Source: Octopus sinensis
Lineage: Eukaryota
Direction: 5' to 3'
Assembly (NCBI RefSeq): GCF_006345805.1
Contig: NC_043001.1
Span: 113,088,001-113,152,000, forward strand
DNA: 64,000 nt
Positions 51,963 through 64,000 of the stretch are shown piece by piece; position 1 is the stretch's first letter, and each line of letters begins with the position of its first letter. A program made the translations under genes and the position numbers. The notes below the pieces were generated by a model. That model did not search any database and had not been told where the DNA came from. It worked only from the letters and a program-made list of their open reading frames with translations.

Positions 51963-51995
51963 ATAATAATAACAATAATAATAATAATAATAATA

Positions 51996-52040
<45 letters not shown>

Positions 52041-52041
<1 letters not shown>

Positions 52042-53374
52042 CCTTTCTACTATAGGCAGAAGACCTGGAAACTTGGGGGAGGGAGATAGTCGATTACATC
52101 GACCCCAGTACTCAAATGATATTTAATTTATCGACCTCGAAAAGATGAGAGGCAAAGTCGATTACAGCAGAATTTGAACCCAGAATAAAAAGGCAGATGG
52201 AATACCTATTTCTTTACTACCCACAAGGGGCTAAACACAGAGAGGACAAACAAGGACAGACAAACGGATTAAGTCGATTATATCGACCCCAGTGCGTAAC
52301 TGGTACTTATTTAATCGACCCCGAAAGGATGAAAGGCAAAGTCGACCTCGGCGGAATTTGAACTCAGAACGTAGCGGCAGACGAAATACCTATTTCTATT
52401 TCTTTACTAACCACAAGGGGATAAACACAGAGGGAACAAGAAAGGACAGACAAACGGATTAAGTCGATTACATCGACCCCAGTACGTAACTGGTACTTAA
52501 TTTATCGATCCCGAAGGGATGAAAGGCAAGTCGACCTTGGCGGAATTTGAACTCAGAACGAAACGGCAGACAGAATACCTATTTCTTTACTACCCACAAG
52601 GGGCTAAACACAGAGAGGACAAACAAGGACAGACAAACGGATTAAGTCGATTATATCGACCCCAGTGCGTAACTGGTACTTATTTAATCGACCCCGAAAG
52701 GATGAAAGGCAAAGTCGACCTCGGCGGAATTTGAACTCAGAACGTAGCGGCAGACGAAATACCTATTTCTATTTCTTTACTAACCACAAGGGGATAAACA
52801 CAGAGGGAACAAGAAAGGACAGACAAACGGATTAAGTCGATTACATCGACCCCAGTACGTAACTGGTACTTAATTTATCGATCCCGAAGGGATGAAAGGC
52901 AAAGTCGACCTTGGCGGAATTTGAACTCAGAACGAAACGGCAGACAGAATACCTATTTCTTTACTACCCACAAGGGGCTAAACACAGAGAGGACAAACAA
53001 GGACAGACAAACGGATTAAGTCGATTATATCGACCCCAGTGCGTAACTGGTACTTATTTAATCGACCCCGAAAGGATGAAAGGCAAAGTCGACCTCGGCG
53101 GAATTTGAACTCAGAACGTAGCGGCAGACGAAATACCTATTTCTATTTCTTTACTAACCACAAGGGGATAAACACAGAGGGGACAAGCAAGGACAGACAA
53201 ACGGATTAAGTCGATTACATCGACCCCAGTACGTAACTGGGACTTAATTTATCGATCCCGAAGGGATGAAAGGCAAAGTCGACCTTGGCGGAATTTGAAC
53301 TCAGAATGTAACGGCAGACGAAATACTGCAAAGAATTTCGCCCGGCGTGCTAACGTTTCCGCCAGCTCGCTTCC
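52041..53374 (-). repeat. Tandem array of SINE family B bodies (three copies of a 373-374-bp dimer) joined to an older family-B body
   Basis: Variant-A monomers start at 52208, 52581 and 52955, alternating with variant-B monomers. Single head at ~53320-53374. Confidence 0.9.
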
Positions 53375-53406
53375 TGTAAGGAACAATAATGATAATAATA
53401 ATAATA

Positions 53407-53464
<58 letters not shown>

Positions 53465-54319
53465 GGTACATCACACGTATTGAGAAGAGCATTGTCGATG
53501 TGAGAACTATTACTACCCATGTATTTTAATTTAACTTTAAAAAAAAAAAGAACGAACTATTGAGTTTAGTTTAATGGCCTACCTATGAGTTTCTCTGCCC
53601 TAGGAGTCAGGAAGACACTCGGCAAGAAATGGAAGCAAATTTGAAAGAAGAAAAAAAAAAATAATAATAATAATAATAATGATAATAATAGTGTGAGTGT
53701 GCGTGCCTATGTTCACATAAATTCAAACAAATAGATATTTTAGATAGATATGTAGATTAGCTAGTAGTAAATATATTCCAAAAAGGAAGAAGTGAGAAGA
53801 AATAGACATGCCAAAATGTTGAGGACACAGTACTCGAAATAATAATAATATATCTGCAATGCACATATTTCTGAATAGCTGGTGATTAACTATATATCTA
53901 CGCCCTACCACCGCTTTTACGTTGTTTTTTTTTTTTTTACGTTTCTCTTTTCTTTTTCTTTTTGGTCGTTAAGAAACTGGCACCAGAGGGCCTTTCATAC
54001 ATTAAAAACTTCTCCAGGAAAAGATAGCTCATGCATGCTTTCATTGTATTATCACAATAGTTGGAAGGTACCAGTTGCCAGCAGTTTGTTCGATTTTCAG
54101 AGTCTGTCCCACATTAACAAAGAGTTGGGCTTTCTTATCTTTTTTTTCTTTTTTTTTTTTTGCAACTATAACATCAACAATGAGAGAGAAATGGTGAAGG
54201 TGTTGGTGGTGTCTGTGGTGGTGGTGGTTGTTGCAACCATTAACCATTATTCGAATGGTAATGACAATACTTCTATATTCACTTACATCATATCACACTT
54301 GCTGACTCAACTAGGTTAC

Positions 54320-54432
<113 letters not shown>

Positions 54433-54556
54433 TTATATATAAATCATTTTTTTTGTTATGCTTTTTTTTTATTTTCGAAAATTCAGCAAAATAATTATCT
54501 ACATACATGAAGTGTTACAGACAGAATTATGTTCACTCATGCATACACAAACATAG

Positions 54557-54588
<32 letters not shown>

Positions 54589-54947
54589 ACGCACACGCGC
54601 ACACACACACGCACACACACATGCTTATATGTTGGTAAGAACTTATGTATTTTTCTGTTTGTGAATATATTTATGAATGTATGTGAATATACGTGAATAC
54701 ATACATGCGCACATACGTGTGTGTGTGTGTAGTACATTTAATGATATCCATACATATATGCATAAATAGATATAAGACTCATTTACATATCTACACACGC
54801 CAGTTGTAAATCACGGATTACGCAACCATTTTAACACCCATCCTCTACACACAGATAGAGGCATACTAGTTTATTGGTTTGAATAATTTCTTTTCGAGGC
54901 AATAATTCACATAAGCAAATCATTAAGAATTGATCAATTGAAAAAAA

Positions 54948-54988
<41 letters not shown>

Positions 54989-55009
54989 TATTATTATATT
55001 ATTATTATA

Positions 55010-55040
<31 letters not shown>

Positions 55041-55800
55041 TGTTATTATTATTATTATTACATTTTTTTTATTATTTTGTTATATATATAAGATGGTGAG
55101 CTGGTAGAATTGTTAGCGCTCTAGACAAAAATGCTTTGTGGCATTTCTTCTGACTCTTTACGTTCCGAGTTCAAATTCCGCCGTGGTCATCTTTGCCTTT
55201 CACCCTTTTGGGAGCGATAAAGTAAAGCTCCAGTCAAATTTTGAAGTCGATGTAATCAACTAGCCCCGCATCCCAAATTTCAGACCTTGTGTTTATAGTA
55301 AATACGGTTATTATTTAAGGTGGCGAGCTGGCAGAATCGTTAGCAGGTAGGGCAAAATTCTTAGCAGTATTTCTTTTGCTTTACGTTCTGAGTTCAAACT
55401 ACGCAGTGGCCGACTTTACCTTTCAGGGCCAATGGAATAAGCACCAATTGAGCGTTGGGGGTCGATGTAATTGACTTAATCCCTTCTCCTGAAATCATTT
55501 ACTTTTTGGGTCGGCAAAAAGCCCCGCATATCGCCCTTGTTTTCTAAATACTCTGTTGTAAAGAATTTTGTTCTGTGTTGTAGATCAGAAGAAACCATGG
55601 CGATGAAATTTTCGATCGGAGTTAAAGTTTAGAATAGCAATCTTGATGCCCGCTTTCCAATCTTAACCCTAAGCACACCTCCCCTACACGCCATCACAAC
55701 TATCAGTGCTGACGCAGCAATTCACGGCGATGGGAACAACATCGTACAACAACAGAAAACAAACGAAAGAATAGACGGCGACAGTAACATCATAACAATC

Positions 55801-56220
55801 TGTTTCTTTATTACCTACAAGGGGCTAAACACAGAGGGGACAAACAAGGACAGACAAACGAATTAAGTCGATTATATCGACCCCAGTGCGTAACTGGTAT
55901 TTAATTTATCGACCCCGAAAGGATGAAAGGCAAAGTCAACCTCGGCGGAATTTGAACTCAGAACGTAACGGCAGACGAAATACCTATTTCATTACTACCC
56001 ACAAGGGGCTAAATACAGAGGGGACAAACAAGGGCAGACATAGGTATTAAGTCGATTACATCGACCCCAGTGCGTAACTGGTATTTAATTTATCGACCCC
56101 GAAAGGATGAAAAGCAAAGTCGACCTCGGCGGAATTTGAAAGCAGAACGTAAGGGCAGACGAAATACGACTACGCATTTCGCCCGGCGTGCTTAACGATC
56201 CTGCCAGCTCGCCGCCTTTG
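55801..56220 (-). mobile_element. SINE family B, head plus two different bodies, one 14-bp TSD pair
   Basis: TSD acatcataacaatc at 55787-55800 and 56221-56234. Confidence 0.9.
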
Positions 56221-56599
56221 ACATCATAACAATCATCACGACCACTGTCCCTATAATAAATAGCGGTAACTACTGACAACAATGACGACAACGACAACAA
56301 TATAGAAGAGTTACAGCAGCAAGAACAACAATGATAATCAATAACAACATTAATAATGAGAATGATGAATATAAGTTAATAGCAGCAACAGTACACTTCC
56401 CATTTAGCACCGCCAATATCTTTATCACGGACACCATTAGCAACACTAATAATGCAGGTTGCAAATCAAGTGTTACAGTGTTCGCTAATGTGATTCAAAT
56501 ACAAGAATCAATTTCTCTATCTTTGCAGGATTCGAAAAGTGCCAAAAATTTCCTAACCAAAACTGGAAGAACGGTGGCTGGCCAGGAATCATTTTGTAA

Positions 56600-58060
56600 G
56601 ACTCCTAACGAGAGACAAACCTCTACTTATATCGATCTATCTCGGTCGGTGAGTGGTAAAATTATGATGCGCCATCACAAATAGATATCTGTTAGCTAGT
56701 AGCAGGGGCTGTTTGGGGCGAACCGATAAGAGTGGGAGGAAAACCCTTCAGAAACTTGCCCAGACATTTCCTACTGCTTGACAGGTACCAACTGAATTTC
56801 CCAAATGTGTCAATGTGGATACGAACAACTCGCATGGGATCATCCAGATGGTATCTAGATGGAGTATTCTGGAGACTAGTAGATAAAGAAAACGTAGGCT
56901 GTTCTTAATTCAAAAGCGTCATTTATTCAGACCAAAAATTTGTGAGCGGTCTAGATAGGCTTCCCAGGGAAGGCATCCATTTACTGAAAGCTGCATGCGT
57001 AGTTCCTGGTATGCAAAGATCAGATTAGCAAATTATTTCACGGTTATCGATAGGGGCAATTTTTAGCAACGGCTGGCGGTTCACTTTGAAAAGAACAATT
57101 AGAAGAGACTGAGGCTTAGTAAGAAAGTAGCGAAGGAGAAAACTAGATTAGAGATATCTAGTTAGAAACTTAGAAGATACTTTTAAAAAACATTGCGTCT
57201 AATGCTCTTGTGGCCTTTTGTTCAACGTGAAGCAACAAAAGCTGCATTGTCGTCAATGCGCGAGGTATAAGACACGAAGGAACGAAAGCCGTTCGACGGG
57301 CTCCAATGCTAGGGGTGTAACGCGTTAAAAAAAGCACACACTTCGGCCTTTAACAGATCATGGGGAGCATATGCTACAGGATTCCATGACGATGTGTGTT
57401 GCTTTTCAGTAACTCTTTGATCGAATGTTCGGTTCGTGTGGCAGGCCGGATCGCAGAAGGGAGTTCAACCACGACAACTTGTTGCAACTCTTGGGAAGAG
57501 AGACCGAGTGTTGTGAAAGCCGATAAAAGTCACTGAAATACAGGAAGCATTAGTTTGCTGCACGAGGGGCAAACTGCTCGGTTTGGATGGACTATCCTGA
57601 GAACTTTATACCAGACTTGTTCGGCGAGTTCTTGGCAGATATTTACCGCAACCAGCAGGATTTATAAGACAAGAAACGGTAGTGCTCCTGAGAAGGGATA
57701 GGAAAAAAGCAGTGGGGTCCACATTCATAATTTTCGCTTCATAACACTGTTACACACAGATTTCAAGAATTTGACCAAGATTTTAGTGAACAGGTTGGCG
57801 CCTGTCATTGGTAGTCTGATTGGTGGTGATATACAGACTTGCATCATTCTAAACAAATCTATCCACCACAACTCTACATGATGCGATGAATCTTAGAGAG
57901 GTTGGGTAAGTACTCTAGCATGAGTAAGGGCCTTGATAAACTTAGATCAATCGAGATCCTCCTATAGGGTTGAATACCAATATTTGTTGGCAGTCAGTTT
58001 CGCTTTTCAGGAACCCGGTTTTCGCAATGTGCAGTATTTATTCGGTGGTCAGAATCAATG
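56600..58060 (+). mobile_element. Heavily decayed Tx1/L1-clade LINE ORF2 fragment (end of APE endonuclease to start of RT)
   Basis: Remnants RYLD..., SDQKFV, Y*KLHA (WKLN motif), GLDGL, NFRFITLLHTDFKNLTKILVNRLAPVIGSLI, QTCII..KSIHHN. Many stops. Confidence 0.7.
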
Positions 58061-58908
58061 AAGCATGATATTGAATGGTTCCGAAAATTCGAAACCATTA
58101 TAATAGTTAATATTGTTGGTGGTGGTGACGTGCGATATCATTAGAGAGTCGGACAAAATGCTTAGCAACATTTCTTCCGGCTCTTTACATTCTGAGTACA
58201 AATCTTACTAGAGTCAACTTTGCTTTTCATCCTTTCGGGGTGTCAATAAAATAAAGTACCAATCAAATAATGAGGTCGACAAACTCTATTCCTTCAAAAA
58301 TTGCTTGCTTCGTGCCAAAATTTGAAACCATTATTTTTATTGTTTCCGTGCAGAATGATCGTTGTCATTTATTTTTGTTACTTGATTATTTTTATTTGTT
58401 TTTGTATTTTAAAGTTTTATTTATATGCCCACCTCCCCACCTCCCCACTAATATTGGCAATAGAGTCTTCATTAGTCCGCTTGGCTTCAGGTTTGGCGTT
58501 CATCCAAAATTTATGGTTCCCAGCTTCAAAATAGGTCAGTCGCTGGAACCCTTCGAAGAATATGGTAATGTTCTGTTGACTAGTGCATGTTTAATTGAAG
58601 TGGATTGTACAGCTGATTCTGCATGTGTGTGTGTGTGTGTGTGTCCGTGAGCATATGCGTGCGTGCGTGTGTGTGTGTGTTTGTGTGTGCATGCATGCCT
58701 CTGTGAATCGATTTTGCGTAATGTTACATATAAGCAAAATTGATAATACTGAGTAAGTGGAGGAGTTAGAAACAGGTACATTCATATGTACATACATCCA
58801 CACACTCACGCACGTATACACAAGCACGCACACACGAACGTACGCGCACACGCACGCACACACATTTGTTGACGCAAACAGGGAAACAGAAATCAAAACA
58901 TGAACGTA

Positions 58909-59003
<95 letters not shown>

Positions 59004-59159
59004 GTTAATCATGAAAGAGAAAATGGAGAATTATGGATGTATAAATAATTTATCTGTATGATATAATGAGGTTGAAAGTTTTATATAATAGTGATTAACC
59101 AGTGTAATTTTTGGATTATTTAATCCCTAATGAGGACCTGACATCCTAGAATTGACTCA

Positions 59160-60420
59160 TCTTCCTCTTCGACATCAAATCACACCTCCTCTTCACCTTG
59201 GACATCAAATCTCTATACAGAGTGATTCCCCACAACAACGGTCTCTTAGCCCTCCAATATTTCCTCGACCGTCGCCCTGACCCCACACCCAGCACCTTCA
59301 CCCTTCTTCGTCTGACAGAGCTCGTCCTCACCCTCAACTGTTTTACGTTCGCCGGGGAGACCTACCAACAGTTGTCTGGGGTCGCTATGGGAACTAGAAT
59401 GGGCTCCGATTTCGCCAACCTATTTGTTGTCACATTGAGGCCCAAGTTTTCTCCCAATTCTCCGGGTCGAACCCAGAGCTATACGGTCGCTACATAGACG
59501 ACTGTATAGGCGTCACATCCCTCTCCCGCCACTTCATCTCTTTCCTCACTAATTTTCGTCCTTCTCTCCAATTTACCTCTACCATCTCTAACACTTAGGA
59601 TAACTTCCTAGATATCTCTCTTACAATTGAACTTCCCTCCCACTCTCTCACCACCTTCACCTTCTTCAAACCCACAGATTCCCACCTCCTCTACCTCAAC
59701 TTCTCCTCCTCCCATCCCTCCCACACCAACACTTGTGCAGCCGGGATCAGGATTTCGAGACCCAGTCCCAGTACCTTACCCGCCTGTTCATGCATCGAGG
59801 ATACCCCTCCACCCTTGTCCAAACCGCCCTTGCCCGCGCTCGACGAATGGATCACACCACCACTCTCACTCCTTCCCCACACCAATCCCCTAACCGCACC
59901 CCCTTTCCCCTCTGTTCCCACCCCTCCACCATTCCGTCGTCTCCAGCTAGATCCCACCACTACCTCATTTTCCCCAACCCACCCTTGTCCTCCTTTAAAC
60001 GCGTCCGAGACCTACGCGATCTCCCTTTGCCCTTCAGCCCCACCCGGTCCTTCCCTTGTTCTAGATCCCGCTGCCACACCTGCCTTTTCATCACCAACAC
60101 CACCTCCCTCACTGAATCCAACTAGCAACCTCTCCTCATTAGAAACTCATTCTGCACCTCTCCAAGTCTTATACATTGCATTAAATGTAATCTCTGTAAT
60201 AAAATCTACGTAGGTCAGACGGTGCCGCCGGCTGGCCGACCGGTTCACCGAACATCCCCGTCACCCGTCATTTCCCCTTGGCCAACTACTCCCCCTCTAA
60301 TATCTCCGTCTTTGGCTTCGTCCTGCACCACGGAACCACACACTCGCAACTCCGCCTGGAACAGCGTTACATTTTCAGTCTACGAATACAAATCCCCCTC
60401 GGACTCAACACAACCCCCTC
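59160..60420 (+). mobile_element. Penelope-like retroelement (RT plus GIY-YIG), frameshifted
   Basis: LFTLDIKSLY, GVAMGTRMG, YGRYIDDCIG, FLDI, RGYP, CHTC, LIHCIKCNLCNKIYVGQT..RLADRFTEH, PLGLN. Confidence 0.9.
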
Positions 60421-60771
60421 CTCTAAACGACTTTGAATTTTAAGCAACTTTTATTTTATTTTATTTTATTTTAGTTCATCTTATTTTATCCTCTCTTATA
60501 CCACTTACTTTTTTACACTGTTACCTCTTCTCGATTTTTTATCGCTTTCTTTCCGTCGTATTGTTGAATTTATTAATTTATTAATTGCGTTATTGTTTAT
60601 AATTGTATTAATTTCTATTTTATCCCTTTCATTTTTATTATTATATTATTTATTTTTGATCTTGTATCTGCTAATTTTAGTAATTTTTTTAATATCTTGT
60701 GCCATTTCCCCCTTTCCCCCCTTTATTTATCAATCTTATTTTATTATATTTTACTTCGTTTTTATATATAC

Positions 60772-61676
60772 ATGCACACATACATACACACACGTACATA
60801 TACACACAAACACGAAAAATACATGCTCACACGTACACACAACTATATGCACATACACACACGCACAAAACCGCAAATATACCTCCACACACAACTCTAG
60901 GTTCACACACTCATATACACATGCATACACATACAGATGTACACACGCATACACACTCACACACACATATACACACGCACACACATACACACACGTATGT
61001 ACGCACACATACATAGGCATATACACGCCCGCACAGGAACACACACACACTCCACACACACAACCCCACGCACACATACATACACACACGCACGTACATA
61101 CACACATACAGGCACATACACACACATACACACGCAACATATACATACACGCATACATACGTATATACACATACACGCGCACATACACACACACACACGG
61201 GCACACATACGCACAGGAATGCATACATATCTAACACACACAACCCCCACGTACATACACATGGACCCATGTACATACACAAATATACACACGCACACAC
61301 ACGCGCGCACACGCACACATACGCGCAAACACGCACACATACACGCACACACACGTACACACATCTACACGTACATACACACACACAAACACGCACTTAC
61401 GCGTATACACGTACAGAAATACACATATACCTCCACATACAACCCTTCGTTCACACACACTTATGCGCAGCACACACACACACATATACAGGCGCACGTA
61501 CATACACACATGTATATGCACGCACATACACTCACACGCACACACACGCATACGCACATATACACGCGCATACATACACACACACGCACATGCCCATGAA
61601 CGCACATACCTTCCACACACACAATGCACACTCATACATACACGCACACACGTACATACACACGCGCACACATACT
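60772..61676. repeat. ~900-bp cryptic (CA/TA/CG)n alternating purine-pyrimidine tract
   Basis: Direct inspection. Confidence 0.9.
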
Positions 61677-61702
61677 TCAAACTGCCTGTCAAACACCTTT
61701 CT

Positions 61703-61930
61703 TATTTCTTTATTGTCTACAAGGGGCTAAACACAGAGGGGACAAACAAAGACAGACAAAGGGATAAAGTCGATTACATTGACCCCAGTACCCAACTGGT
61801 ACTTAATTTATCGACCCCGAAAAGAAGTCGACCTCGGCGGAATTTGAACTCAGAACGTAACGGCAGACGAAATACCGCTAAGCATTTCGCCCGGCGTACT
61901 AAAGATCCTGCCAGCACGCCGCCTTAATGT
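61703..61930 (-). mobile_element. SINE family B, full length, 14-bp TSD
   Basis: TSD tcaaacacctttct at 61689-61702 and 61931-61944. Confidence 0.9.
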
Positions 61931-62323
61931 TCAAACACCTTTCTACTGACCATTCCTCTACGCACATGTGAAGAGACTCACAACTATCCAAAAACACCGC
62001 CACTCTGGCTACCATGCTACTGAATTCTTCCTACAACATTAAGCGTCGCAATGTTCACTCACTCATATAGATATACTCAGCCAAAACAACATACACACCA
62101 CACACACAACACATACTCACAAATACGCACAGACACGTGCTATTACTCACACACATACACTTGCGCGCACGCACATACCCACACATACCTCCTTCTCTTA
62201 CACTCTCCTGTCTTAGAAAGAACTTTTTCTTCACCCATTCACTTCCGGTCAATTCAAAATGTAACCAGATGTAAATCGTTGGCGATTTTCTTCCTTCGTC
62301 TTCCTTTCTCCTGGACTTTCCTT

Positions 62324-62361
62324 TGGTTCTGATGAAGAGTGTTGCTCGAAACGTTAAACCA
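62324..62361 (+). ncRNA. Minimal type I hammerhead motif in a short pLTR-like element (~62215-62460)
   Basis: TGGTT-CTGATGA-A-GAGT-GTT-GCTC-GAAACGT-T-AAACCA: intact core, extra A after A9, palindromic ACGT helix III. Confidence 0.55.
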
Positions 62362-62485
62362 TATTTCTTTTCTTCCCTGAGCGTCTGCTAATTATTATAC
62401 ATGTACCACCTCTCCGCGTTGTTGTGCTTTATTGCTTGTTGTTCTTTTTGGGATTTACTATATATATATATATATATATATATAT

Positions 62486-62805
62486 TGTAATAAATAAAAT
62501 ATATGCATACATACAAACATATATGTACGTATCTACATCTACATGTATATATACATGCATATATAAATATATATACGTGAGTACAGGACATCACAACTAG
62601 ACGTAGAACTCAACGAGAAACGAAAACGGAAAAGCCATTTTTTTACAACAGAAAAACAGAGACGTGGAACTGGACGAGAAGCGAAAACGTCTAGTTGTGG
62701 TGTCCTGTACTCACGTATATATATTTATATATGCATGTATATATACATGTAGATGTAGGTACGTACATATATGTTTGTATGTATGCATATATCTTATTTA
62801 TTACA
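62486..62805. repeat. Inverted repeat with 119-bp arms around an 82-nt spacer
   Basis: 62486-62604 is the reverse complement of 62687-62805, with 3 mismatches by my count. The inner part looks like a TA|CAGG... Tc1/mariner MITE. Confidence 0.85.
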
Positions 62806-62884
62806 CTATTGTATGACAGCGCTTCGCGTCGGGTTCGTTTCGCTTCGTCGCTTTGTTTCGTTTCTTATCCTCCCAGTATTGTTT

Positions 62885-62939
<55 letters not shown>

Positions 62940-63111
62940 ATAGATTGCAGTCAATTCATTCTCTCTTACCTGTTTGTGTCTGCCTTCCAAATGCTGTTTT
63001 TACTGAGATCTCCCTTTTTAGTAGAAGAATAGCTATAACACTTTGACTGCTATTTCTAAATTCGGTATGTGGTAAGGCAACTCGTTGCTAAACCCTTATT
63101 GCTTAGTATTA

Positions 63112-63154
<43 letters not shown>

Positions 63155-64000
63155 GAGAGAGAGATACACTCATTGATAAGACATATATACACAAATATAA
63201 ATGTGTATATATATATATTTGTATGCATGTATGTATATGTCTGTGTATGTACGTTTCTGTGTATTGCACGAAAAAGGAAAAAATGAGCAGAAAGAGAGAG
63301 AGAGAGAGGGGGGGGGGAGAAGAGTGGGTGAGAGTGAGAGTTTTTGTTTGTGGTATCTATGTGAGTTACTGACCATGTCGTACTCGTCTGGTGAGAAGAG
63401 CTGATTCTATTCATTGTGAAAAAGAAATAATCTAATCACATCTGTACAAACGAATAAAATGACACAAAATAAAACAATATCTCTCTTTGCTTACATGTGT
63501 GACAGCAGTTATATGGGTAAAATGGCTGAGTCAGCGGGGAGTGGGGGGAGCCCTTACGTCGGACCCCTACTTTATATAAATATCTTAGTCAGAAGAGAAA
63601 GGGCAGCACCATCGAGCATTTCCAAGGCTTTAATAGCGTGTGTGTGGGGAGGACAATAGCATGGCTGGGTGCGGGGAGAGCGATAGGGGCAGTCGACTTC
63701 GGACGACGCTTTTATAGAAGTGGCCCTTTTGGGTCTGCTGCATAAGTGTGTATAGGGGACGGCAGGGGGGGGGTTTAGAAATCTCAAGGGCTTCCCCCGG
63801 GTGGCATACGCTGTAGCTACGTCATTAAAGAAAAGAGAAAGTTTTGCTCACATTGTAGAGCTAACCCCTAATGACTCATCTGGTGATACAACAGGGCAAG
63901 CTGCATTAAACACCACAACGCCATGAATCGCCCCTCGGTGATACTTCGCCTGGATCCACAAACTCTACACAGGAAACAACAAAGGATAACGATCCAACGA

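Noticed and set aside
52041-53374. Regular array as CRISPR, and repeated ORFs 52519-52734 and 52911-53108
   Set aside because: Eukaryotic context with ~187-bp monomers, no unique spacers and no cas genes. Monomers are SINE bodies, so the ORFs are SINE by-products.
59627-60443. Proline/serine-rich ORFs
   Set aside because: Alternative frames of the C-rich Penelope remnant.
60593-61730. Eleven overlapping 105-220 aa H/T or C/V ORFs
   Set aside because: All frames of a CA-rich simple repeat, with no domain-like sequence.

Overview
AT-rich, microsatellite-laden animal genomic DNA. The SINE families and (TA)n/(CA)n load resemble octopus genomes; this is inferred from memory, not from a search. 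One host gene is supportable: the 3' part of a PDZRN3/PDZRN4 (LNX3/4-family) E3 ligase gene on the + strand. Five GT-AG exons (17415-17477, 25882-25980, 37751-37852, 38648-38776, 40608-42065) give the second half of a PDZ domain, the [13 protein letters not shown] motif and the C-terminal LLSVTTV. The upstream exon was not found, so 1-17414 is presumably intron. The rest is mobile DNA: three tRNA-headed SINE families (A, B and C, my labels), RTE-type tails, piggyBac-, hAT-, mariner- and Merlin-like MITEs, a Helitron, and decayed RTE, Dong/R4, Tx1/L1 and Penelope retroelements downstream of the gene. Best second-look items: (i) an apparently complete type I hammerhead ribozyme at 34139-34242 (-), plus related hammerhead motifs at 9.1, 9.4 and 62.3 kb; (ii) family-B SINEs that recur as one head plus n bodies with a fixed breakpoint, including a solo headless unit with its own 16-bp TSD and a 3x dimeric higher-order array; (iii) a SINE-donated in-frame alternative splice donor; (iv) two near-perfect 110-120 bp-arm hairpins; (v) a SINE flanked by a ~155-bp duplication. 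Coordinates were counted by hand, so repeat boundaries may be off by a few bases. Nearly all ORFs in the supplied track are artefacts.
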